From Eledone cirrhosa (Eukaryota): DNA of 64,000 bases. The notes beneath the pieces are model-generated. The model saw nothing but the letters and a program-made list of their open reading frames with translations. It was not told the DNA's origin and did no database searches. The stretch lies in NCBI GenBank assembly GCA_964016885.1, contig OZ024744.1:50344001-50408000 (forward strand), in the 5' to 3' direction. Positions 23,976 to 35,739 of the stretch are shown here, piece by piece. The position numbers and the translations under genes were made by a program. Each line of letters starts with the position of its first letter. The first letter of the stretch is position 1.

Positions 23976-24150
23976 TGTTTCTACTTTAGGCACAAGGCCA
24001 GCAATTAACCAGTACATTACTGGTACTTTATTTTATCGACCCCGTAAGGATGAAAGGCAAAGTTAACCTCGGCGGGATTTGAACTCAGACTGTAAAGGAC
24101 GTAACTATGCTAGGAAGCATGTCGTCCAACCCTCTACCAATACTGCCAAT
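23976..24150 (-). mobile_element. Meta-like SINE whose (ATT)n tail abuts the 5' end of Tx1 copy B
   Basis: A/B boxes, central domain and tail as in other copies. Confidence 0.85.
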
Positions 24151-24151
24151 T

Positions 24152-25899
24152 AGGTGGCAGATAACATCAGACAGTTGTTGAGCAAAAGTATGAAGTTCTA
24201 GAAAACAGAGTTAACATCGGGTGGAGAATCCTTGGGAGGCGTGAAGATCAAGAGAGGTATCTTCCAGGGGGATAGTTTGTCCCCTCTGTTGTTTGTCCTT
24301 GCCCTGATACACCTGACCATTATACTGCGAAAAGTGAGAGCAGGATACAAGTTGGGAAAAGGAGAGCTTACCATCAATCACCTCCTCTTCATGGACGATC
24401 TTAAGCTCTTCGGGAAGAGTGAGAAGGAGCTGGATGTGCTTGTTGACACTGTCCGTATTTTCAGCAATGATATATGTATGCAATTTGGTATTAGTAAGTG
24501 TGGAGTCCTAGTGATGAAGAGGGGTAAATTGAGCAGAAGCAACGGAATCCAGGTACCAACAGGTGAGATGATAAAGGAAGTTCACACTGAAGAAGAATAC
24601 AAATATTTATGTGTTCTGGAAGCAGATGACATCAAGAACAAAAAAATGAAGGAATTGATAAGATCTGAGTACATTAGGAGAGTAAGGAGCGTATTAAAAT
24701 CACATCTGAACAGTAGGAATGCCATAAGTGGAGTAAATTCCCGAGCTGTGTCTATTATTAGGTACAGTGCGGGAATTCTGAAATGGAATGTTGCTGAACA
24801 AAAAGAAATGGATAGGAAGACTAGGAAGCTATTGACTATCTACAACATGTTCCACAAGAGGAGTGATGTCGATAGACTCTACTTAAGGAGATCTGAAGGT
24901 GGAAGATGTCTTATCAGCATAGAGGACTGTGTTCAGATGGAGAAAAAGAACCTACACAAATACGTGACTGTAGGGAGCCAATGCTCAGAACTGTACTGAA
25001 GGAGAGGACAATAGACCAGAGGATGTTCAAGGAGGAATTAACAACAAAGAGGAAGGCAACCTTCATGAAAAATCCCTTCATAGTACCTTCTTTGAGAAAA
25101 CTGAATTTAGAGACCCACAGACATGGAACTGGTTGAAAAGAGGAGACCTTAAAAAGGCTACAGAAGGAAAGCTAATGGCTGCGCAAGAGCAAGCCCTCAA
25201 AACGAAGTGGGTGAAACACCATATTTACAAAGAGGAGGCTAGCCCACTGTGTAGGATCTGTGGAGAGAGAGAGGAGACTGTGGCTCACATTGTATCCGAG
25301 TGTAAACACCTAGTCCAGACTCACTATAAAGGCTGGAGACATGATGTGATGGGCAGGGTGATCCACTAGCATCTATGCAAAGTAAACAATTTACCACATT
25401 CTGAGAAGTGGTATGAGCATAAGCCAGAGTCGGTGATAGAAAACGATTAGGTGAAGGTGCTATGGGATTTTAGGATATAGACGGATAAGAAATTAGAACA
25501 CAACAGGCCTGACCTGGTGGTTTTGGACAAGGAAAAAAGATTGTGCCTGATTGTGGATGTAGCCTGCTCATTCGACACGAGAGTGCAAGAGAAGGAGAGG
25601 GAGAAAATTAACCGATACCAGGACTTAAAGTGGAGGTAAACAGGATTTGGAACTGCCATGAAGTCAAAGTGGGCCCGATTGTCATAGGAGCACTAGGTAC
25701 TCTCTCAAAGAGTTTCCAATGATGGTTAAAGAAGATTAGTCCAGCCCTGTTTTTTTAGAACACTTCAAATGGCATGCTTGCTGGGAACAGCAAGAACCCT
25801 CCGATACGTCCTGAATATCTGAGGCTGCAGGTAGTGGCTTGATATTCATTTCAACAAACTTTCCAGTTAAATAACACCAATGACTGAGACTCAAAGAAC

Positions 25900-25929
<30 letters not shown>
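24152..25929 (+). mobile_element. 5'-truncated R4/Dong-like LINE (RT + CCHC + restriction-like endonuclease) with (AAT)n end
   Basis: RGIFQGDSLSPLLF, NHLLFMDDLKL, CRICGEREETVAHIVSEC, RHD, KVLWDF, NRPDLVV, IVDVAC; stops and frameshifts present. Confidence 0.9.
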
Positions 25930-25930
<1 letters not shown>

Positions 25931-26140
25931 GTTTCTTATAAAGGCACAAGGCCAGCAATTTGGGGACAGGGGGAAATTGATTAAATTGACCCCAGTGTGT
26001 TACTGGTACTTTATTTTATCGACCCCGTAAGGATGAAAACCAAAACTAACCTCGGCAGGATTTGAACTCAGAACGTAAAGGGCTGTAACTAAATATGGCA
26101 AAGCATTTTATCCGACGCTCTGCCGATTCTGCTAATCCAC
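25930..26140 (-). mobile_element. Meta-like SINE sharing the (AAT)n tract with the R4 element
   Basis: Same domains as other copies. Confidence 0.8.
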
Positions 26141-26364
26141 ATAATACAAACAAGGACGAATATGGTTATATTAAACCTAGCATATTTATAGTGAGAGATG
26201 TGTCTCTTCAGAAGTAATAAAAGAACCAAAAGTAGAAAGTAAAAGTGAATTAACACAGGGGTATATTTGAAGATTATTTTTTCTTTAATCTGACAGAATG
26301 AATATTTTTATGAATCTTACATTAACTTGATTTAAATTCTATCAAATATTATACACGAACGGAA

Positions 26365-27035
26365 AAGCATAAATGAACTAAGTGAGAAATTAGGAATAAG
26401 AGGGATCAGATGCTGTTTACTCGAGAGAAGACTACGTTGGTATGGTCACGTGATGCGCATGAAAGACGACAGCTGTATAAAAAAGTGCAGGGCGATCAAA
26501 ATAGGCGGTAGTCACGGAGTAGGCAGACCCAGAAAAACTTGGGACGACTTGATAAATTCCGACCTCACACACATACACCTCTCCAAGACAATGTCACTGG
26601 ACCGAGATCTTTGGCGCTACGCAGTAATACAGAAGACCCGCCTTGCCTAAGTACAAAGCGAAACCTACAGTCAGTAGGCACCTCTTAACGAAAATACTCC
26701 CCCGTCCTACTATCCCTACCCCACCCCCATCTACACCACCCTCTCTCTGTAAAGTTATGTTGGTACCACAACATCCAGTCCTAAATAAATGAGTTCGTGT
26801 AGGTGTCACGACAAAAAAATAACACAGTCCACGCTGTAATGAGGCCGTGTAGGTAACACGGTAAAAACCTCCCAGTCCACACTGTAAACATGGTTGGTGT
26901 TAGGAAGGGCATCCAGCCGTAGAAAACCTGCCAGACAGTCCTGAGCAAGACAACCAATCTTGCCTCAAGTGGGACAATTCCCGTCCAGACCCATGCTAGC
27001 GTGGAAGATGGGCGTTAAACGATGATGATGATGAT
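26365..27035 (+). mobile_element. RTE LINE 3' fragment with UTR and (GAT)n tail
   Basis: KLGIRGI..ERRLRWYGHVMRM..GRPRKTW..DRDLWR. Confidence 0.85.
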
Positions 27036-27875
27036 TGCCAGTATATCAATCTTATCAAATAAAAGGTTTGTTCTCCTATTCTGTGGGCAGTTAGAACATA
27101 TGTTTTAAACACAAATATAAACATATATAACAAATACATTAACTAGTGCTAGGAACCTCACAAATACAAATCACAAAAATATATGACCAGCGTGAAAGAA
27201 AGAAAAAATAAAGGGAAACAAAAACAAAAATGACCATGAGGAAAGTGACAGTAGGCTTCTCATAACAAGGGTCAATGGAACAATTTGAGGCAAGCTAATA
27301 TGATTGTAGCATTACCACAGGTGGTGGCAAGGCTAGGAATGATTAACATACTAATTGAAATCAGTAATCTTTGATAAAACTTAAATCCATTTAATGTAAC
27401 AATAATATAAAAATTCATTCTGTCGGATTAAAAAAAAAAATAATCCTGAAATAAACTCCTGTGCTTTTTCACTTTTATTTCTACCCATATATATATGTGT
27501 GTGTGTGTCTATGCGTGTGGTTGCATGCACTGTACTGCGTGTGTATGTATGTCTGTACTGGTTGTGATGAATGATCTGGTATTTAAACAATAACTATTTT
27601 TGTTCTTTGGTGATTGTTTGTTTGTTTGCCTGTTCTTAGTTTCCTGTCTCAATTTCTATACAACAATGGGCTTATTTTGGGCCTATTACTGTGGTAGTGC
27701 CTCAGATGTAGGTTTTCAATTCTTATCACAGAAAAACCAAGTATGAGTAGATGATAACTGGAATAGATTTGTTTGGTCCTGCTTTTCATTTCAATTTTCC
27801 TTTTACTAATGCAACACAATCAATTTTCTCTCAGTATATATATATATACACTATATATATATTTATATATATATA

Positions 27876-27954
<79 letters not shown>

Positions 27955-27964
<10 letters not shown>

Positions 27965-28849
27965 CTGAGGATGTCTGTCTGTGTGTGTGTGTGAGTTTGA
28001 ATCCCTAAAACTAGAGAAGCACCCAACCGACTGTTTTCAAACTTTACACATATAAGTCTTATGTTTTAGGGAGTGTTCTGAGAAAAACAAATTTCAAATT
28101 TCCAATGCCCTAGGGACCGCATTAGACGATTTACCGATTTCTCTCTATAATTCTTAGTCTTTCTCTTTTTAGATAGATACATACATATAACGTCGCACCC
28201 TTATAATATCTGTCTGTATGTCTGGCTGTCTGTATTACGTCACTTCCCTGAAGATGTCTGTGTGTGTGTGTTGTGTGAGTTTGAATCCCTAAAACTCAAG
28301 AAGCACCCAACCGATTTTTTTCAAACTTTACATGTGAATTACTTATGTTTAAAATTCGACTTTTTGATCCCTAGTGCCCGCATTAGGGGAAAAACTGCGT
28401 TTTTTCAGCTTTTTAGGGGGTTTTGGAGACGTTATGTCAGACCGATTTCCTTGAAATTGTAACTATCTATTAGTCAGTCTCTTCTTCATACCGTGAGCAA
28501 AGAAAATCCAACTTTTTTATGGCCTAGGGCTCGCATTATGTGAAAACTTCATTTTTTCAGCTTTTTAGGGCTTTTTGGAGGCATTACGTCTAGCCGATTT
28601 CCCGAAATTTCAAGGCATATTATGCACATAAAAAAAATTATTTTCTTGATCCGCTAGGGCCCGCATTTGTTGAAAACCTGCATTTTTCCTGCTTCATCGA
28701 GGAAAATCTTAAAGATTATCCAGCCATCAGAGTATTCGGTTTATTTCCTTTACATATTGTCCAGGCATGCAGTTTTTCGACGATTAGGTCTGTTGGCGGC
28801 CCGCGCTCCAAAATACCTTATCCCGTGCAATGCCGGGTACCACTGCTAG
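27955..28849 (+). mobile_element. Non-autonomous Helitron
   Basis: 3' hairpin cccgtgcaatgccggg then CTAG|T; 5' region tataaaa..gtctgtctgtgtg..caaactttacac, internally duplicated near 28250; second copy at 7522. Confidence 0.75.
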
Positions 28850-28919
28850 TATATATATATATATATATATATGGAAAAATGAAATTTCATTTCTCACTCT
28901 TAATAAGGCTGATACTTAA

Positions 28920-29570
28920 ATATAAGTATGTATACGTACATACATATATGTATACAGACATACAGTAGTATGTATATACATACATACATGCACACATATA
29001 TATATATGTACGTATGGGTTTACCGAACATTTATTATAATGTTCGGTTTATTTGTAAACAAACAGCCCGAATTAAGCCGTACAGTGTTCGGCAACCATCA
29101 TTGCCCTTTTGTTCAACACTTACAAAGGAACGATGGAAAAAATGGAAAAAATGAAATTTCATTTCTCACTCTTAGTACGGCTAATACTTAAATATGAGAA
29201 ATGAAATTTCATTTTTTCCATTTATCATTTTCGGTACGCCCGGCCGACTAACTCACTCGATATGCAAATTAGGCTGCTCAGCTGTTAATATGCATAAGGA
29301 AAGTATATACTTTCAAACGTTCAATCGACTGACAGGAAGTTATAAGCTAGAAACTAGTTCATCGTTCCTTTGTCAGTGTTGAACAAAAGGGCAACGATGG
29401 TTGCCGAACACTGTACGGCTTAATTCGGGCTGTTTGTTTACAAACAAACCGAACATTATAATAAATGTTCGGTAAACCCATACGTATATATATATGTGTG
29501 CATGTATGTATGTATATACATACTACTGTACGTCTGTATACATATATGTATGTACGTATACATACTTATA
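28920..29570. repeat. About 215-bp inverted repeat (28920-29135 / 29360-29570)
   Basis: gggtttaccgaacat...gttcggcaaccatc vs gatggttgccgaac...atgttcggtaaaccc. Confidence 0.85.
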
Positions 29571-29648
29571 TATATATATCTATATATATATATATATAAA
29601 TATATATATACATATATATATATACATATATATATGTATATTTATATT

Positions 29649-29735
<87 letters not shown>

Positions 29736-29740
29736 ATATA

Positions 29741-30765
29741 TATAAAAGTTTACATATATATATACATACACATACATATACGTGTTTTGCAACTGGTCAC
29801 TTTGTGGCTCAATGAAAAATTAATAAATTAAACAATCAGAGCTATATATCATAAAACATGTCTATAGAATCACAAGATAAAATATAAACTATTTCCTCTC
29901 CCAATTAGCATAATTAACTATATAAGAAATCGAATAGACCAGGCTATACGAATGAAGCTTCTATGAAGGAATCTCCGACAAATAACCGAAAATAGCGCTT
30001 CGCGTCGGCCGTAGCGGAATATTTATCGAATATTTCGACAGCGTAATCGCCTAGATATAGTCAACTAAACAGAATTAGGTTTTAAATAAACTAGGAGAGT
30101 TTAAAATAAACTAGCTCTGATTGTTTAATTTATTAATTTTTCATTGAGCCACAAAGTGACCAGTTGCAAAACACGTATATGTATGTGTATGTATATATAT
30201 ATATGTAAACTTTTATATGTAATAATCTCCCACTAGGTTGAGATACAAATTTGGCTGTATTATGCTGTGCTTTCTAGCAAAAATGCCACTAGTCGTAAGC
30301 AACTACCACACCCCTTCCAACTTGACCGCGACTACATCACGATTTTTAGCCATTTTGAAATGAATTCTTGGCACGATCGTTTTGGAAAATTTAATGTCTA
30401 GATATGAGCGAGCTTCTTGAAGAATCTGGCGCTCGAGTTTATATAATTATTACATAATTATTGGAAAACTCAAAACACAGATGAAACCATGGTAGAGGTA
30501 TTTAAATGTATTCTATTTTCTCCTAGTTTATTTTAAACCTAATTCTGTTTAGTTGACTATATCTAGGCGATAACGCTGTCGAAATATTCGATAAATATTC
30601 CGCTACGGCCGACGCGAAGCGCTACTTTCGGTTATTTGTCGGAGATTCCTTCATAGAAGCCTCATTCGTATAGCCTGGTCTATTCGATTTCTTATATAGT
30701 TAATTATGCTAATTGGGAGAGGAAATAGTTTATATTTTATCTTGTGATTCTATAGACATGTTTTA

Positions 30766-30770
<5 letters not shown>
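29741..30770. repeat. Interleaved inverted repeats A-B-A'-X-B'
   Basis: A 29741-29844 / A' 30112-30218; B 29845-30098 / B' 30519-30770, near-perfect. Confidence 0.85.
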
Positions 30771-30833
<63 letters not shown>

Positions 30834-30859
30834 ATATATATGTATATTATACTGGTACC

Positions 30860-31130
30860 ACTAAACATCCAGCCCACATTGTAAAGTGATCGTGGAGGTG
30901 TCATGACAAAAAGCACCCAGCCCACACTGTAAAGTGGACGTGTAAAAGATACAGCAAAAAGCACCCAGCACACACTGTAAATGTGTTTGGCGTCAGGAAG
31001 GGCATCCAACCATAGAAAACAGCCAGAAACACTCCTATATGAGCAAGACACGGTCACCCAACCCAACTTGCCTCTAACCCATGCTAACGTGGAAGACAGA
31101 TGTTAATCGATGATGATGAGGATGATGATG
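30860..31130 (+). mobile_element. SINE/RTE 3' tail fragment
   Basis: Repeated cacccagcccacactgtaaagtg units, ggaagggcatcc, (GAT)n. Confidence 0.7.
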
Positions 31131-31407
31131 ATATTTATTCGAAATTAAGGTTTTCTAATATATCCCACACTGGTAAAAATATAGGAAAAAGAAAAAGAAA
31201 ACGCAATTGGAGTCTTTAAGGGGGTTTATTTACAATAATTAATGACTTTACCGGTTTCGCAAGTTTCATGATTTTCAAAAGTTAAGAGATGGTGAAATGT
31301 GTGGCTTTGTCAACTTGTAACTCGAATCTAACTGAAGTTGGGAAACTCTTTCAGTTTTATAAAACTTGTTAAAGTGAAATAATGAATAACCATTGTTTTT
31401 CATATTA

Positions 31408-31840
31408 ATTTTTAGTCATTCATTATGCCAATGGGTAGACTTGAGATGTCCCTGATCCTGTGTAAGGTAGGAATTGAATTTCAGATATATTCTGCTTCAA
31501 TTTAATACATTTTTTAATCCTCTGAAGAGGAAGATGTATAAATTAAATCTGTATATCACTTTTTATGAATAGATATTGATTATACAAATTACATGTAACG
31601 TTAGGTGAAAATTCGTATAATCAATATCTATACAAACACAATTTTTAGTCATTCATTATGTCAATGGGTAGACTTGAGATGTCCCCCATCCTGTTTAAGG
31701 TGGGAATTGAATTTCAGTTATAGTCTTCTTCAATTTAATGTTTTCTTTTAAAATCCTCTGAAGATGGAGATGTACAAATTAAATTTGTATATCATTTTGT
31801 ATGTATAGATATTGATTATACAAATTACATGTAACGTTCT
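31408..31840 (+). repeat. About 235-bp tandem duplication of PLE-like terminal region
   Basis: tttttagtcattcattatg..gggtagacttgagatgtcc..catgtaacgtt occurs twice. Confidence 0.75.
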
Positions 31841-31883
31841 TCCAATAATTTAATCTATAACTCTCTTGAAACATATGTAAGGA
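31754..31883 (+). ncRNA. Type I hammerhead ribozyme motif with long stem II
   Basis: tcct-CTGAAGA-(about 100 nt)-GAAA-catatg-TA-agga. Confidence 0.6.
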
Positions 31884-32019
31884 ATTAAAAATGATTCAAA
31901 AACTAATTTTTCCATCTATATATTTGATTATATTTGCTCTGTGTTTATGTCTACCTCTGCAACTTTTTCTCCCTAAAATATTTCTTTTCTCTTCAGCCTA
32001 ATAATATATAAACACATTT

Positions 32020-32670
32020 TTCCAATGCAGATGGATTCTATAGAAGTGGTTGATAGCTTCCGGTACCTAGGTGATCAGATTATCATGGGAGGGGTGTTCC
32101 GAGGCCATAGTATCTAGAATAAGGACGGGTTGGAAGAAGTTTAGGGAGCTGCTTCCTCTGTTGACAAAGAAGGGTTTCTCCCTGCGTACGAAAGGCCGGT
32201 TATACTATGCCTGTGTGAGATGCGCGATGCTGCATGGTAATGAGACATGGGCAGCAACTGCAGAAGATATGCGACGGTTGGAGAGAAATGAAGCAAGTAT
32301 GCTCAGTTGGATGTGCAATGTCAATGTGCGTGAACGACCGAGCATGGACGAGTTGAGAAAGAAACTAGGTATAAGAGGGATAGGTTGTGGTGTGCAGGAG
32401 AGAAGGCTGAGATGGTATGGACATGTGATGTACATGTAGGATGACTGCTGGGTAAAGAAGTGCCAAGAAATCCCAGTAGAATGAAGACGCAGTGGATGTA
32501 GACCACGAAAAACATGGATGGAGGTGGTGAGAGCAGACCTTAGATCGCTGAAACTCACGGAGGAGATGACAAAGGACCGTGACAAGTGAAGAGATGCTGT
32601 GCTGAATAGGACCCGTGCAACCCTTTCAAGCAGGGAAAAGCGGACGTAAGATGATGATGATGATGATGAT
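32020..32670 (+). mobile_element. RTE LINE 3' fragment with (GAT)n tail
   Basis: IEVVDSFRYLGD, RIRTGWKKFRELLP, ERRLRWYGHV; same family as 60985-63070. Confidence 0.9.
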
Positions 32671-32846
32671 TGAGCTAATTCTGAAACTACTTGGCAATTA
32701 TGAACTATCATTTGAATTTCATATGTATATTTGCTATATATAGGGGCGAAAACTGCCAGAAGTCCATCTTGGTGACTGAAGACCTTGGAGTTCTGTGTCT
32801 TTCGTTTGTATTTTTATTTTCAAAAAATATATATATATATTTAAAG

Positions 32847-33046
32847 TAGACATGTCAAACTGAGGGTCCCCCGAGGACCACACGGGTCACATATGTGTTG
32901 TCACAGGGCCACACTCGACAACTAACTGCACTTTACAACTAATATATTTTTATTTTATATTACGAAGAAAAAACATGCTCGTGCTGTAAAAACCTTTGTG
33001 CAGGCCGCAGGTGTGTTTGTAAAGGGCCGCAAGTTTGACATGCCTG
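32847..33046. mobile_element. hAT (Charlie-like) MITE
   Basis: TIR tagacatgtcaaact / agtttgacatgcctg; 8-bp TSD atttaaag / atttaagg; empty paralogous site near 33500-33560. Confidence 0.8.
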
Positions 33047-34047
33047 ATTTAAGGTTTCCCCTTCAAAAAACTGTTTTTTTTTCATTTTGCCTTGTTTTTC
33101 TTTCATTGTCTTCTCTTTGTTAATTTTCCTATGTTATTATTATTCTTAATTTTATTATTACTAATCTGTGACAAACGTGTTCTCTCTTCTCCACCCAATA
33201 ATTTCAATGGTTTACATTTTTTAACACAATATCTTACTCTTTTCTTGACTTTTTTCCTTCCTTTTTCTTTTTTTCTTTCTTTATTTCCTTTGTTTCAGTC
33301 TCATGAGACTTCCATTGCTTTAAAAATCACAATACATCTCCTAGACATCACATTATAAGTTATAAGTTATTGTTTTGTCTTGTCTTTTACTCCACAGACA
33401 GTGCTTTGGCTTGTATTAAATACCCTGGTTGGACCTACAGTACCGTTGGTAGGAGTTGAACCTGCTAGAAGTCCATCTCAACAGCTGAACACTTTCGAGA
33501 TTTGTGTCTTTCGTTTGTATTTTTTTTTTTTTTAATTCCTAAGGTTTCCCCTTCAAAAACATTTTGTTTGTTTGCCTTGTTTTCATTCATTGCCTTCTCT
33601 TTGTTAATTTTCCTACGGTTAATATATATATATGTGTATGTGTGTGTGTGTACACACACACACATACACACATATATATACATGAAGAAAAAAATATCTT
33701 ACATTCAAACAAACCCCCTCACGATCCGGGTGGGTAGACCTCAGCTGTATCTCTTTCCTATTTACAACCTAAAATAGAGGAAACCCCAAGCATTCTTAGG
33801 TAGAAGTAGACATTTTTTCCTTTTTTTCTTTTTGTTTTCTTCTTTTTTTTTTTTTCTTCTTTTTTTTTTCTTCAACTCTAATTACACTTAGGTGGATCTT
33901 TGCATATCTCATCATCATCATCATCATCTTCGTTTAACGTCAATTTTCCACGCTAGCATGGGTTAGACGGGAACATGGGTTAGACGGGTATATCTAAAAT
34001 CTTTAGCAGAGCGTAGTTAAATATATATACTATTATATTATCTATAC

Positions 34048-34228
34048 GGTGGATTGGCAGTATCGGTAGAATGTCGGACGCCATGCTTTCCAGCATAGTT
34101 ACTTCCCTTTACGATCTGAGTTCAAATCTCGCCGAGGTTGACTTTGCCTTTCATCCTTACGGGGTCGATAAAATAAAGTACCAGTAATGCACTGGGTAAT
34201 TGCTGGCCTTGTGCCTAAAGTAGAAACA
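34048..34228 (+). mobile_element. Meta-like SINE with 16-bp TSD
   Basis: TSD attatattatctatac at 34032-34047 and 34229-34244. Confidence 0.9.
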
Positions 34229-34779
34229 ATTATATTATCTATACTATTATATTCAGTCTCCTTTCTTCCTTAGGTTAACCCAAATATTTTCACTCCTGTT
34301 AAATATACATAGTACCGGCTGAACATATAGCCATGGTTTTTTTTCTTTTTCTATTTTTTTTTTGGGGGGGGGGGGGGGTATCGTTATGCAATAATATTGG
34401 TAAGTTACTACATTGAGGTGCTGTTCCAGTGCATTAGGGTAACTAATAACTAAATTTTATTAATTAGGAATTTAATTAGTATTAAATTATATTTTCTTTG
34501 CTCTTTAGCAACTACAACATTCCTTGTTTCTCATATGTTTTTACCCCCTTTAGAGATAGCTGTAAAGAGTTCTCTCTTAACGCATGACTGGCCTAGCATC
34601 TACAGGGCAGAATATCATCTTACTCCTTCCATTTTGTTCTACAGACAAGTTCAGCCACCCCCACCCCACCACTGTGAAGGACTTTAACTATGTATATGAC
34701 ATCCCAAAATCATTGACAGTAGAAGTATCAAATCAAACAATCCTAACAATTGTTGTTTTTCTTTTCTGTCTCCAATGAA

Positions 34780-35048
34780 AGCTGGGTGCTTATTTTCTGT
34801 GGCGCCTACACGTCCCCTTTACACTGTGGGCTGGGTGCTTTTTTTTGCCGTGGCACTTCCATGACCACTTTGCAGTGGAATGATAGGGACCTCAGTCCTA
34901 TCATCTCATTTCTACAGCTGAGTAAACTGGAGCAATGTGAAATAAAGTGTCTTGCTCAAGGAAACAACACATCACCCAGTCTGAGAATTGAACTCACCAC
35001 CTTTCGATTGCAAGGCCAATGCTCTAACCACTAAGCCATGTGCCTCCA
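34780..35048 (-). mobile_element. CORE-SINE (head, core and part of tail)
   Basis: tggcttagtggttagagc A box, gagttcaattc B box, CORE. Confidence 0.85.
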
Positions 35049-35739
35049 TATATATATATACATATATATATACGCACATATATATATATATATGCACACA
35101 CACATACACACACACAAACACACGACAGTGTCGGTTGAAGCAAGCAGAATTTCGGCTGCTTACTAAATCGTAGACACATAAAAAGATAACACACACACAC
35201 ACTCACACTAGATAACACTACATGCGGCTTTGACCGGGAGGGTTATTTAGAGGGAATTTTTAGAGGGTTATTTAGAGGGAATTTTTTTTTTTGGGGGGGG
35301 GGGTAAGGTTTCACAGCCCCACTTTCCACCATGGCGATTGGACTGCATGCCCTGCTTTCCAGGTTACACTTTGCCACTGATATATATATATATGAATGCA
35401 TGTGTGTGTGTTTGTATGAAAGTTTGTGTGCATATAGTTTTTTGTAAGGTCTAATAATCCATTAAAACATCCGCTCAGCATAGGTGATTTAGTTTATGTA
35501 ACAAAATACAAAGGAGATGATGTTCAAAGAGTTTCTTTTACTTTCCCCGGGTTTGTGAGAACATTAGTACTTAGCAGTTAAATTTATATAAAGACTTGAT
35601 AATAATAAATATGACAGGGAAAAGTATCCCTTCATAAAACATATTTAGACTTTGATGGACTGGACTAGTACTGAATTCAACAGAATCAACAGTATTAATG
35701 AATAGTGATAGTGCACATACTTAAATATGGAATGATATG

